From positions 14,851 through 78,850 of the forward strand of contig DIFI01000020.1 in assembly GCA_002419055.1 (NCBI GenBank): a stretch of DNA of 64,000 bases, written 5' to 3'. The notes under the pieces were generated by a model that was not told where the DNA came from, did not search any database, and saw only the letters and a program-made list of their open reading frames with translations. This DNA is from Peptococcaceae bacterium UBA5752 (GTDB taxonomy: Bacteria; Bacillota; Dehalobacteriia; UBA4068). The position numbers and the translations under genes were made by a program. Each line of letters opens with the position of its first letter. Position 1 is the stretch's first letter. This document shows positions 47,445 through 56,530 of the stretch, piece after piece.

Positions 47445-49325
47445 GTGTTAACGATTAGTATTTGGCCGCAAATAAAAAAGAATTTGCCAGATGTACAAAA
47501 ACCAGCTCAATATATTGGCGGTGAATTTAATCAAATCAGTAAAGATGCTGCAAAGGTCTCAGCCAGTATGGTTTTTTGTTTCCCCGATACCTATGAAATT
47601 GGCATGTCTCATTTGGGTTTAAGAATCATATATGAGGCAATTAACGCAGAAGAAGATTTGCTTTGCGAACGTGCGTTCGCACCCCAGGCTGATATGGAAG
47701 CGAAGCTGCGGCAGCAACATCTGCCGCTGTTTTCGCTGGAAAATCATCGACCGCTAAAAGAATTTGATATTGTTGGTTTTACACTTCAGTATGAAATGAG
47801 CTATAGTAATGTTTTGAATATGCTTGAGCTGGCAGAAATACCTTTAATAGCCGCCGATCGTATGGGCTGGCCGTTAGTAATTGCCGGCGGGCCTTGTGTT
47901 TATAATCCGGAGCCGCTTAGCGATTTTATTGACGTTTTTGTCATCGGCGAGGGCGAGCAGGTAAGTATCGAGTTGATGCGCCTAGTCAAAGAAATTAAAA
48001 ATGAAGGCGGAGATAAACAGGAATTATTAAATCGAGCATTAAAGATAGATGGTTTATATATTCCTTGCTTCTATAAAAAAGTTGCCGCCAAAACCGGCGT
48101 TATCATTAGAGAGCCGGAGAGTGGACAAGTCCCGGCAGTAGTAAAAAAGCGCCTTTGTGTTGACTTGGACAAGACTGTTTTCCCGCTCAAAGCATTATTG
48201 CCAAATATCCAGACCGTGCATGATCGGCTAATGCTGGAAATTATGCGCGGTTGTGGGCGCGGCTGTCGTTTTTGTCAGGCGGGTATCATATATCGGCCGA
48301 TTCGTGAACGAGATCCGGATCTTTTGCGCGAACAGGCGCGGCAGCTTGTCGCGGCTACCGGCTATGAAGATATCGGATTGTTGTCGCTTTCGTCCGCCGA
48401 TTATTCCTGTATCAGTGAATTAATCGATATGCTGATGGCAGACCACAGTTGCCGTAATGTAGGAGTGGCTTTGCCCTCGTTGCGGGTAGATGCTTTTTCG
48501 GTAGATTTAGCTGCCAAAGTACAGCAGGTACGCAAAAGCGGCTTGACATTTGCCCCGGAGGCGGGCAGCCAGCAGCTACGTAATATCATTAACAAGGGTG
48601 TTAGCGAAGAGAATATTTTCGCCGCAACCGAAGCGGCCTTTTCGCAAGGATATACTGCCATTAAACTATATTTTATGATTGGTTTGCCATATGAGAGCAA
48701 CGAGGATGTAGTGGCTATCGCTGATTTAGCGCAAAGAGTGTTGCTTGCGGGCAGAAAAGTTAAACCGGCGGAAATTCGCAAGCCGCTGAAACTGACTTTG
48801 GGTGTAGCCTCTTTTGTGCCTAAACCGCATACGCCTTTTCAATGGCATGGCGCTAATAACGAAGAGGTTTTAAAAGAAAAACAGGAGTTGCTTAAAAAGC
48901 AACTAAGGCCGATTAAAAGTATCACGTTAAATTATCATGATATTACAACGAGTCTTTTAGAGGCGGCATTTGCCCGCGGGGATAGCCGTCTGGGCAAAGT
49001 ATTACTGCGAGCCCATGATAAAGGCTGCCGTTTTGATGGTTGGAAGGAATATTTCCGGGCTGATTTATGGGCGCAGGCCTTTGTGGAAGAAGGGCTTGAT
49101 TATCGTAATATTGCCACCCAGACATTTGCATGCGATGATGCGTTGCCGTGGCAGCATATCAGCTGTGGTATAGATAGTGATTGGTTATGGCAGGAAAATC
49201 TCAAAGCAGCTTCCGGTCAACCTACAGTTGACTGCAGGAACGGTGATTGTAACGGCTGCGGAGTTTGTGCTAATTTAGCTTCAGCCAATGTTTTGGCCAC
49301 CAGAGCAGGTGATGACCATGAATAA
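47445..49325 (+). CDS. B12-binding-domain radical SAM protein (TIGR03960-like)
   Basis: N-terminus QKPAQYIGGEFN, radical-SAM motif CGRGCRFCQAG, 626 aa. Followed by its usual DUF2344 partner. Confidence 0.8.
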   Translation: MLTISIWPQIKKNLPDVQKPAQYIGGEFNQISKDAAKVSASMVFCFPDTYEIGMSHLGLRIIYEAINAEEDLLCERAFAPQADMEAKLRQQHLPLFSLENHRPLKEFDIVGFTLQYEMSYSNVLNMLELAEIPLIAADRMGWPLVIAGGPCVYNPEPLSDFIDVFVIGEGEQVSIELMRLVKEIKNEGGDKQELLNRALKIDGLYIPCFYKKVAAKTGVIIREPESGQVPAVVKKRLCVDLDKTVFPLKALLPNIQTVHDRLMLEIMRGCGRGCRFCQAGIIYRPIRERDPDLLREQARQLVAATGYEDIGLLSLSSADYSCISELIDMLMADHSCRNVGVALPSLRVDAFSVDLAAKVQQVRKSGLTFAPEAGSQQLRNIINKGVSEENIFAATEAAFSQGYTAIKLYFMIGLPYESNEDVVAIADLAQRVLLAGRKVKPAEIRKPLKLTLGVASFVPKPHTPFQWHGANNEEVLKEKQELLKKQLRPIKSITLNYHDITTSLLEAAFARGDSRLGKVLLRAHDKGCRFDGWKEYFRADLWAQAFVEEGLDYRNIATQTFACDDALPWQHISCGIDSDWLWQENLKAASGQPTVDCRNGDCNGCGVCANLASANVLATRAGDDHE

Positions 49326-49959
49326 ATGGCGCTTATCTCTTTCTATCAGCGGCAAAATTGTCTATTTATCGCATCTCGATTTATTAGCCTCTTTTGAGCG
49401 CGCTTTGCGGCGCAGCGGTTTACCTGTTGCTTATTCATTAGGGTTTAATCCTCATATGCTTATATCCTGGGGGCCCGCCCATCCTGTTGGCGTTGGTGGT
49501 GACAATGAATATTGCGATCTGGTATTTGCCGAGCCGGTGGACGAGCAATGGCAGCAACAGTTGAATGCTGTGCTGCCGGATGGTCTGCATCTAAATTCAG
49601 CGCGTCCGTTATTAGATGGCGCAACTTCCTTGATGGCAGCGATTAATTACGCTCAATATCTGATAGAATTACCGGATAATGTTAATACCACAGCTCTTGA
49701 TGTGGCTATTGAGCAGTTGTTTAAATCGGATAGTTGTGTTATTGAGCGTATTAGCCCCAAAGCGCGTAAGCGTTTGGATATTCGCGGCGCCATAGACATG
49801 CTTAAACGAGATGGCAAGCTGCTTTGTTTGAGTTGTCGGCTGGGCGGTACACCAACGCCAAAAATCAGCGAATTGGCTGAAATATTGGGGGTTACAGTCT
49901 GCTCAGCACGGCGGACAGGATTATTTATTGATGGTAACAACGGCAAGATACTGCCGTGA
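49318..49959 (+). CDS. Radical SAM-linked protein (DUF2344 / TIGR03936-like)
   Basis: ATG 49318 overlaps the upstream stop. YLSHLDLLASFERALRRSGLPVAYSLGFNPH is typical of DUF2344. Confidence 0.7.
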   Translation: MNKWRLSLSISGKIVYLSHLDLLASFERALRRSGLPVAYSLGFNPHMLISWGPAHPVGVGGDNEYCDLVFAEPVDEQWQQQLNAVLPDGLHLNSARPLLDGATSLMAAINYAQYLIELPDNVNTTALDVAIEQLFKSDSCVIERISPKARKRLDIRGAIDMLKRDGKLLCLSCRLGGTPTPKISELAEILGVTVCSARRTGLFIDGNNGKILP

Positions 49960-49986
49960 TATAAAGTTTAATGGTAGGTGAATTGG

Positions 49987-51456
49987 ATGTACAGAGAGTT
50001 GTTGATAATTATTGAGGAAGAGGATACAACAATTGCCTTAATGGATGACCGTCAGTTGTCAGAAATATATTTTCAACAATCACCGAGCAAACATTTAATC
50101 GGAAATATCTATAAAGGTGTTGTAGAGAATGTATTGCCGGGTATGCAGGCCGCTTTTGTTGATATTGGGTTGGAAAAGAATAGTTTTCTCTATGTTGATG
50201 ATGTGTTACCGCCTACACGGTTAGATGAAGAAACAGTGTCTTCTCAAAGGCACAGTATTGATGAGCTCTTGAAGGTGGGACAGGAGGTTTTGGTTCAGGT
50301 ATTTAAGGAACCGTATGGCAGCAAGGGCGCTCGGGTGACCATGCAGTATACGCTGCCGGGTCGTTATTTGGTTTTATTGCCCAATGATAATTATATAGCG
50401 GTTTCTCGGCGGATCGAGGATAATTGCAAAAGAGAGCGGTTGAAAGAGCTCGTTAAAGAAATACTGCCAAAGGAAATGGGTGTCATCATTCGTACCGTGG
50501 CGGAAAACGTCGGTCAGGAAGAATTGGCAGCAGATTTAAAATTATTGGTAAAACAATGGCGGCGTATTCAAGGAAAGTCAGTGAAAAGCCCGCCGCTGGC
50601 GCTGATTCATAGAGATCTGGATTTACTGAAACGAATTATTCGCGATACCAATGCTGCTGATTTAGAGCGAATTGTTGTTAATTCATGGGAAACAGCAGAA
50701 AAGGTTAAGGAGCTAATCATTGCCTTAGCGCCGACTTTACTTCAGGAAGTAATTGTCAGAGACGATGTTGATTTGTTTGATGAGTATGATATTTTTGGTC
50801 AAATGGAAAAAGCGCTGAGGCGTAAGGTTTGGCTAAAAAGTGGCGGTTATATTGTCTTTGATCAAATGGAAGCATTGACGGCTGTTGATGTCAATACAGG
50901 TAAATATGTCGGTTCCAATGATTTATCGGAAACAATTTTTAAAACCAATGCTGAAGCGGCAGTAGAGATAGCCCGCCAATTAAGATTGCGTAATATCGGC
51001 GGCATTATCATTGTCGATTTTATCGATATGGAGAATATTGCCGATAAACAGAAATTACTGGCCTTAATGGAGACCGAACTGAAGAAAGACCGCACGCGTG
51101 TAACATTGATGGGAATGACGCAATTAGGTTTAATAGAGATGACACGCAAAAAAATCGGTCATGATATTTCTCATGATGCAGAAAAAGAATGTCCTTTTTG
51201 TGCAGGCAAAGGACGAATATTTTCTGAAGAAACAATGGTGCGTTTTCTGAAACGCCAAATAGAACAGCAGGCGCGTCAAACAGACGCGGATACAATCTAT
51301 GTTGAAGCAAACCCTCTGGTAGTGGCATGTTTGGCGGGAATGCGCGGGCGTTATTTAAATGATTTAGAACAAAAAATAAATAAAAAAATAATAGTAACTT
51401 CAAATGAAAATCAAAGCTATGAACAAAGCGTTGTCAGACCTCAATTTGATGATTAA
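49987..51456 (+). CDS. rng: Ribonuclease G/E family endoribonuclease (Rng/CafA)
   Basis: S1 domain (GNIYKGVVENVLPGMQAAFVDIG), catalytic core (ALTAVDVNTGKY..., IGGIIIVDFIDM) and a C-terminal CPFCAGKG zinc link. SD AGGTG lies 6 nt before ATG 49987. Confidence 0.85.
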   Translation: MYRELLIIIEEEDTTIALMDDRQLSEIYFQQSPSKHLIGNIYKGVVENVLPGMQAAFVDIGLEKNSFLYVDDVLPPTRLDEETVSSQRHSIDELLKVGQEVLVQVFKEPYGSKGARVTMQYTLPGRYLVLLPNDNYIAVSRRIEDNCKRERLKELVKEILPKEMGVIIRTVAENVGQEELAADLKLLVKQWRRIQGKSVKSPPLALIHRDLDLLKRIIRDTNAADLERIVVNSWETAEKVKELIIALAPTLLQEVIVRDDVDLFDEYDIFGQMEKALRRKVWLKSGGYIVFDQMEALTAVDVNTGKYVGSNDLSETIFKTNAEAAVEIARQLRLRNIGGIIIVDFIDMENIADKQKLLALMETELKKDRTRVTLMGMTQLGLIEMTRKKIGHDISHDAEKECPFCAGKGRIFSEETMVRFLKRQIEQQARQTDADTIYVEANPLVVACLAGMRGRYLNDLEQKINKKIIVTSNENQSYEQSVVRPQFDD

Positions 51457-51468
51457 TAAAAAATATGC

Positions 51469-51497
51469 TTGACGCAAGAATATGCTTGTGATAGAAT
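51469..51497 (+). promoter_or_regulatory. Sigma-A-type promoter (extended -10) of rplU-rpmA
   Basis: TTGACG (51469-51474), a 17-nt spacer ending in TGA, then TAGAAT (51492-51497). Confidence 0.55.
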
Positions 51498-51593
51498 TTA
51501 TCTGTTATGTTGCCAAACCGCTCCGAACAGGTTTTAGAAGTGCACTTTTGCCACCTGATTTGGGCGAGACTATTAAGTAGGGGAGGTGCAACA
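51498..51593 (+). ncRNA. Possible ribosomal-protein L21 leader (autoregulatory 5' UTR)
   Basis: A ~90-nt leader between the promoter and rplU. It contains an anti-SD-like CCACCT (51551-51556) that can pair with the SD AGGTG (51584-51588). An L21 leader motif is known upstream of rplU in Firmicutes, but I cannot align to its covariance model by eye. Confidence 0.35.
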
Positions 51594-51908
51594 ATGTTTG
51601 CAATTATTGAATCGGGCGGCAAGCAATACAAAGTCGCCGAAGGTGAAACTTTGCGCGTAGAATTGCTGAAGGCTGAGCCTGAAAGCAACATCAAGATCGA
51701 TAAAGTATTAGCGGTTTTTGATGGCGAGGATATGCAGGTCGGAACGCCGTATATCGAGGGTGCTGCGGTATCATGTAAAGTCGTAGAGCATGGCAAGGCA
51801 AGAAAAGTTACGGTATTCCATTATAAAGCAAAGAAGAATATCCGTAAAAAGAACGGTCATCGTCAACCTTTTACCAAATTAGTTATTGAAAAAATAATTA
51901 CTGAATAA
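51594..51908 (+). CDS. rplU: 50S ribosomal protein L21
   Basis: MFAIIESGGKQYKV...HYKAKKNIRKKNGHRQPFTKL. SD GGGGAGGTG. Confidence 0.95.
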   Translation: MFAIIESGGKQYKVAEGETLRVELLKAEPESNIKIDKVLAVFDGEDMQVGTPYIEGAAVSCKVVEHGKARKVTVFHYKAKKNIRKKNGHRQPFTKLVIEKIITE

Positions 51909-51963
51909 TATATGCAACCAGTTTTATGTTAGAATTTTCTTCTGTATTTAGGAGGTGGAATAT

Positions 51964-52227
51964 ATGGCTCATAAGAAAGCAGGCGGTAGTTCCCGTAATG
52001 GACGCGACAGCGCGGCCCAGCGACTGGGTTTAAAATGTGGTGACGGTCAGTTGGTTTCAGCCGGTAGCATTATTGTTCGTCAGCGCGGTACAAAATTTCA
52101 TCCCGGTAATAATGTAGGTATTGGTAAGGATGATACACTTTTTGCCACCATTACTGGTAAAGTGCGTTTTGAAAGAAAAGATAAAACAAGAAAACAAGTT
52201 AGTGTTTATGCCGAAGAGGCAATATAG
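51964..52227 (+). CDS. rpmA: 50S ribosomal protein L27 (no N-terminal propeptide)
   Basis: [22 protein letters not shown]...[23 protein letters not shown] upstream of ATG 51964. Confidence 0.95.
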   Translation: MAHKKAGGSSRNGRDSAAQRLGLKCGDGQLVSAGSIIVRQRGTKFHPGNNVGIGKDDTLFATITGKVRFERKDKTRKQVSVYAEEAI

Positions 52228-52250
52228 TTTGTTAAACATGTGCTGTCTTT

Positions 52251-52281
52251 ACGCCCGACTGGGTTACAGTCGGGCGTTTTT
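52251..52281 (+). terminator. Rho-independent terminator after rpmA
   Basis: acgcccgactg / cagtcgggcgt 11-bp stem with a 5-nt loop, followed by TTTTT. Confidence 0.8.
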
Positions 52282-52283
52282 CA

Positions 52284-52311
52284 TTGACGCGACTGTTAAT
52301 TATGATATAAT
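52284..52311 (+). promoter_or_regulatory. Sigma-A-type promoter (extended -10) upstream of obg
   Basis: TTGACG (52284-52289), a 16-nt spacer ending in TGA, then TATAAT (52306-52311). Confidence 0.5.
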
Positions 52312-52361
52312 GAGAGATAATATATGTAGGTTTATGAGGTAAAAAGAAGGAATAAAAAATT

Positions 52362-53636
52362 ATGTTTCATGATTATGTTCAAATATATATAAAAGCAGGC
52401 GACGGCGGAAACGGCATAGTGGCTTTCCGGCGTGAAAAGTATGTACCGATGGGCGGACCGGCCGGCGGAGATGGCGGTCGTGGCGGGCATGTAATATTTG
52501 TCGGAGACAGTAGCCTTCATACGCTTGTTGATTTTAAATACCGCCAGCATTATAAAGCCGACAAAGGGATTAACGGTCAAAGTAAAAATATGCATGGCGC
52601 AGCGGGAGAAGATTTACGTCTGCGTATACCGCTGGGTACTTTGATCCGCAATAAAGAAGGTCAAATAATTGCTGATATAGTTGATGATGGACAGGAAGTA
52701 ATTGTTGCCCGGGGCGGTCGCGGTGGACGCGGCAATGCCCGATTTGCATCCAATCGGCAAAAAGCGCCGACAGTTGCTGAAAACGGCGAGCCTGGCGAAG
52801 AGTTAAACCTGGTTTTAGAGTTAAAATTATTAGCGGATGTCGGTTTAATAGGTTTGCCCAACGCTGGTAAATCGACGCTGCTGGCCAAAGTTACAGCCGC
52901 TACTCCAAAAATTGCCAATTATCCGTTTACTACTTTAACTCCCAATCTTGGTGTTGTTGCTTTAGACGGCGAGTCCAGCTTTGTTATTGCCGATTTACCG
53001 GGATTAATCGAAGGAGCCGCAACTGGTATCGGCCTTGGTCATCGTTTTCTCCGTCATGCTGAAAGGACTCGGCTTTTGCTGCATGTTCTTGATATGTCGC
53101 CGTCTGACCAAAGAACACCGCTTGAGGCATTGGATATTATTAATGAAGAACTCCGTCTTTATCGGGAGGATTTTTTGCAAAGGCCGATGCTGATTGTTGC
53201 CAACAAAATGGACATGCCCGGAGCCGATCAAACTTTAATTGATCTCAAACAAAAAATCGGTGACAAATATGAGATATTCCCTATTTCAGCTTTAACCGGG
53301 GATGGTTTGCCGCCTCTACTCTGGCGTGCTGCTCAAATACTGGCGCAGTTGCCTAAGGCAGAACCTTTGCATGATCAAACCGAACAATTGCGTCATACGG
53401 TAGTAAGCGCCGAAGAACCGTTTGTGATTACTCCTGACGAAAATGGTGTTTGGGTTGTCAGTGGTAAGCGAGTGGAGAAGCTGGTGGCAATGACCGACTT
53501 GGGAAATGATGACGCGGTGCGGCGAATGCAGCATATATTTATCAAAATGGGATTAGAAGAAGCCTTGATCAAAGCAGGTGTTGCCGTCGGAGATACAGTG
53601 CGGATTGGCAGCAGCGAATTTGAGTACGCTGATTAA
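52362..53636 (+). CDS. obg: GTPase Obg/CgtA
   Basis: Obg fold (FHDYVQIYIKAGDGGNG...GGDGGRGG), G1 GLPNAGKST, G3 DLPG, G4 NKMD and a C-terminal OCT domain. Confidence 0.97.
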   Translation: MFHDYVQIYIKAGDGGNGIVAFRREKYVPMGGPAGGDGGRGGHVIFVGDSSLHTLVDFKYRQHYKADKGINGQSKNMHGAAGEDLRLRIPLGTLIRNKEGQIIADIVDDGQEVIVARGGRGGRGNARFASNRQKAPTVAENGEPGEELNLVLELKLLADVGLIGLPNAGKSTLLAKVTAATPKIANYPFTTLTPNLGVVALDGESSFVIADLPGLIEGAATGIGLGHRFLRHAERTRLLLHVLDMSPSDQRTPLEALDIINEELRLYREDFLQRPMLIVANKMDMPGADQTLIDLKQKIGDKYEIFPISALTGDGLPPLLWRAAQILAQLPKAEPLHDQTEQLRHTVVSAEEPFVITPDENGVWVVSGKRVEKLVAMTDLGNDDAVRRMQHIFIKMGLEEALIKAGVAVGDTVRIGSSEFEYAD

Positions 53637-53648
53637 GAGGTAGATATA

Positions 53649-54260
53649 ATGGCAGAAAAGTATAGACGCATTGGCATAATGGGTGGTACTTTTAATCCAA
53701 TTCATTTTGGACATCTTGTTGCGGCGGAGGCGGCGAGAGTTCGTTTTTCGCTGGATAAAGTTATATTTGTGCCTTCCGGTTATCCACCCCATAAACAAAC
53801 GCAGGCAAATAAAAATGCCGAACACCGTCTGATGATGACGCTGCTAGCGACTATCGGCAACCCGTATTTTGATATTTCCGGTATCGAAATTGACCGCGGC
53901 GGATATTCATTTACTTTTGATACCATTAACGAATTGCATAATTTTTATGGCGCAGATACGCAGATCTATTTTATTACCGGTGCTGATGCGATATTGGAGA
54001 TATGTAGTTGGAAAAATGCGGAGTTATTGATAGAGCGATGCGTATTTATCGCTGCCACTCGCCCCGGTTTTAACTTGAATGATGTAGATTCTCTGCCGCC
54101 TGCCTTCGTGAGAAATATTAAACTAATGGAAGTACCGGCTTTAAGCATCTCGTCAACCGATATTCGCAAAAGAGTGGCGGCCGGTGAGCCGATTAGATAT
54201 TTATTGCCGGAAATTGTAGAGCAATATATTATAAAACACAAGCTTTATCAAAACCCTTAA
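53649..54260 (+). CDS. nadD: Nicotinate-nucleotide adenylyltransferase
   Basis: GIMGGTFNPIHFGH (HxGH motif) and the ISSTDIR motif. Confidence 0.9.
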   Translation: MAEKYRRIGIMGGTFNPIHFGHLVAAEAARVRFSLDKVIFVPSGYPPHKQTQANKNAEHRLMMTLLATIGNPYFDISGIEIDRGGYSFTFDTINELHNFYGADTQIYFITGADAILEICSWKNAELLIERCVFIAATRPGFNLNDVDSLPPAFVRNIKLMEVPALSISSTDIRKRVAAGEPIRYLLPEIVEQYIIKHKLYQNP

Positions 54261-54276
54261 GAGGAAGTGCTTTTGA

Positions 54277-54894
54277 TTGGTCGAAAACATCATCAGCTTG
54301 CGAAATCGCTTGCAGTTATTACTCAATCAACATCGTTTTGATCATTCACTGCGGGTTGAGCAGCAATCAATAGATTTAGCTTGTATGCATGGAGTTGATC
54401 AAGGACGTGCAGCATTAGCAGGACTGTTGCATGACGTAGCGCGCAACCTGAATGCTGAACAATTGGTAGTCTCCGCAAAAAAAGCTAAATTGTTGCTTTG
54501 TGATGCCGATATAAAAACACCGCTGTTGTTACATGCGCCGGTTGGAGCGCTGATATTGAAAAATGATTGGGGTATAGACGATCAAGAAGTTTTAGATGCA
54601 GTAAGCCAGCATACCGTAGCAGCGGTCAATATGAGTGATTTGGCCAAAGTTGTCTATTTGGCGGATATGATAGAGCCGGGCCGGGATTGTTGGCGAGGTC
54701 TAGAGCAGTTGCGTAAGGTGTCAGCGGAAGATTTAAATGCTGCAATGCTATTAGCTTTGGAAAACGTCTTTGATTATTTGCAACAAAAAAATCGTAATAT
54801 CCACCCCAGTTCCTATGCCGCATATGAGTATTTTAAGCGTTTACAGAGAGATAGAAACAAATTAACGAACGGAGGTAATGTAATTGGATGCTAA
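54277..54894 (+). CDS. yqeK: HD-domain bis(5'-nucleosyl)-tetraphosphatase YqeK
   Basis: RFDHSLRV...LLHDVAR HD motif. Conserved nadD-yqeK-rsfS order. TTG start. Confidence 0.8.
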   Translation: MVENIISLRNRLQLLLNQHRFDHSLRVEQQSIDLACMHGVDQGRAALAGLLHDVARNLNAEQLVVSAKKAKLLLCDADIKTPLLLHAPVGALILKNDWGIDDQEVLDAVSQHTVAAVNMSDLAKVVYLADMIEPGRDCWRGLEQLRKVSAEDLNAAMLLALENVFDYLQQKNRNIHPSSYAAYEYFKRLQRDRNKLTNGGNVIGC

Positions 54895-55222
54895 AATTTT
54901 GTTAGATTTATGTGTTGCAAAAGTTCAAGAGAAAAAAGGTATAAATCTATCAGTGCTTCAATTATCTGAAGTATCAACTATTTGCGATTATTTTTTGCTG
55001 GCGACTGCCACCAACAGCAGGCAGGCGCAAGCTATTTGTGATAATGTTATTGAGGCAGTTAAAGATCAAGGTATTATTCCCGCCCATATTGAGGGATATA
55101 GAGATGCCCGTTGGATATTGGTAGATATGGGAATGGTTGTTTTGCACATCTTTCAAGAAGAAGAGCGACAATACTACAACCTTGAAAAAATATGGTGCCA
55201 AGCACCTTGTCAAAAGCTTTAA
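54884..55222 (+). CDS. rsfS: Ribosome silencing factor RsfS
   Basis: KKGINLSVLQLSEVSTICDYFLLATATNSRQAQAICDNV...WILVDMGMVVLHIFQEEERQYYNLEKIW. TTG start behind GGAGG. Confidence 0.85.
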   Translation: MDAKILLDLCVAKVQEKKGINLSVLQLSEVSTICDYFLLATATNSRQAQAICDNVIEAVKDQGIIPAHIEGYRDARWILVDMGMVVLHIFQEEERQYYNLEKIWCQAPCQKL

Positions 55223-55364
55223 TTGACGACATTTTATTCCGTTATTTTAAAAAGAATAATTTATGCAAATAATATAATTATATTCACTAATATTAATGCA
55301 TAATCATGAATAAATAATGTGGATAAAAAGTGGACATTATTGATGGGGAATTTAATTTTACAAT

Positions 55365-55396
55365 AAAACGCCAGCTAAAGGCGATAGCGTTTTTCT
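55365..55396 (+). terminator. Possible terminator ~140 nt downstream of rsfS
   Basis: aaaacgc ... gcgttttt pairing with a long or alternative inner loop, followed by tttttctcttt. Only moderate quality. Confidence 0.35.
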
Positions 55397-55665
55397 CTTT
55401 CCTATTGTGGAAAAAAATAGTATAAATAATCTGCCCATACCTGCTTATCTTGACAATTTTCGTTTACTCACAGGCAGAGAGGTTATTGTCCTAAGCGTAA
55501 ATATTCTGTCTATTATTAAAAAGCAGCTAATCGCTTTTTCGACAAATACGTTAATATTTTTACATAATATTCAGGTGCTAATATTCATAAGATGTTTATT
55601 GGCAATAATATCTATTTCGCTATTTGCCGGATTTTAGCTTGTCATGCAATTTAGAGGTGATAGTA

Positions 55666-56526
55666 TTGAAAAAAAGGCGGCGGAGTACAACGTTGCTTTT
55701 ATTTATAATAATATTGTTGGTTTTTTGCTATTGGCAAAACGAAGATTTGGTCGTAACGAAAGTTGATTATGGCAATCAAAAAATTGACCAAACTTTCGAC
55801 GGTTTTAAAATATTACAGGTTAGCGATTTACAAAATAGAGATTTTGGAAATCAACAGCAGCGGCTGATAGATGCGGTAAAAAAGAGTCAACCGGATATCA
55901 TTGTTATTACCGGTGATTTGCTTGACAGCCGTGCCGAAAATATCGATGCAGCCATGGGTTTTGCTCGCGCGGCGGTTGATATTGCACCTACTTATTTTAT
56001 TACCGGCAATCATGAGGCAGCATCGGACCAATATCAGCTGCTAAAAAATCAGCTTACGGAAATAGGCGTGATTATTGTTGATAATCAACAAGTATTTATT
56101 GAACAAGGAGATGCCAGAATATCATTGGTGGGAGTAGCTGATCCTTTGTTTGCCACCGTCGAACAATTAGCGCAAGAAGGCGATTATTATCAGCAAACGC
56201 TCGATAATTTATTGTCACAAGGTGATGGTTCTTTCAATATAGTGCTTGCCCACCGGCCAGAGGATTTTGCTCTATACGTAAATTGCGGAGTTGATCTGGT
56301 TTTTTGCGGGCATGCTCACGGAGGGCAGATACGCATTCCGTTGATCGGCGGAGTGTATGCGCCCGGCCAGGGTTTTTGGCCCAAGTATACGAGTGGTTTT
56401 TACTGTGAGGGTAATACAACAATGGTTGTTAGTCGCGGTCTTGGTAATAGTCTTTTCCCGATACGTATTTTTAATAGGCCGCAATTACTATTGTTGACAT
56501 TACGCAGTGAGGATAGCGAGGGATAA
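55666..56526 (+). CDS. Membrane-anchored calcineurin-like metallophosphoesterase (COG1408-like)
   Basis: TTG 55666 behind AGAGGTGA. N-terminal TM segment. Motifs ILQVSDLQ, ITGDLLD, GNHE and CGHAHGGQ. Confidence 0.75.
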   Translation: MKKRRRSTTLLLFIIILLVFCYWQNEDLVVTKVDYGNQKIDQTFDGFKILQVSDLQNRDFGNQQQRLIDAVKKSQPDIIVITGDLLDSRAENIDAAMGFARAAVDIAPTYFITGNHEAASDQYQLLKNQLTEIGVIIVDNQQVFIEQGDARISLVGVADPLFATVEQLAQEGDYYQQTLDNLLSQGDGSFNIVLAHRPEDFALYVNCGVDLVFCGHAHGGQIRIPLIGGVYAPGQGFWPKYTSGFYCEGNTTMVVSRGLGNSLFPIRIFNRPQLLLLTLRSEDSEG

Positions 56527-56530
56527 TCTG

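Noticed and set aside
55407-55637. Listed 76-aa ORF in the AT-rich spacer
   Set aside because: It has a GTG start, no SD, and a composition dictated by AT-rich DNA (Ile/Leu/Asn/Phe). It overlaps the leader and SD of the phosphoesterase gene.
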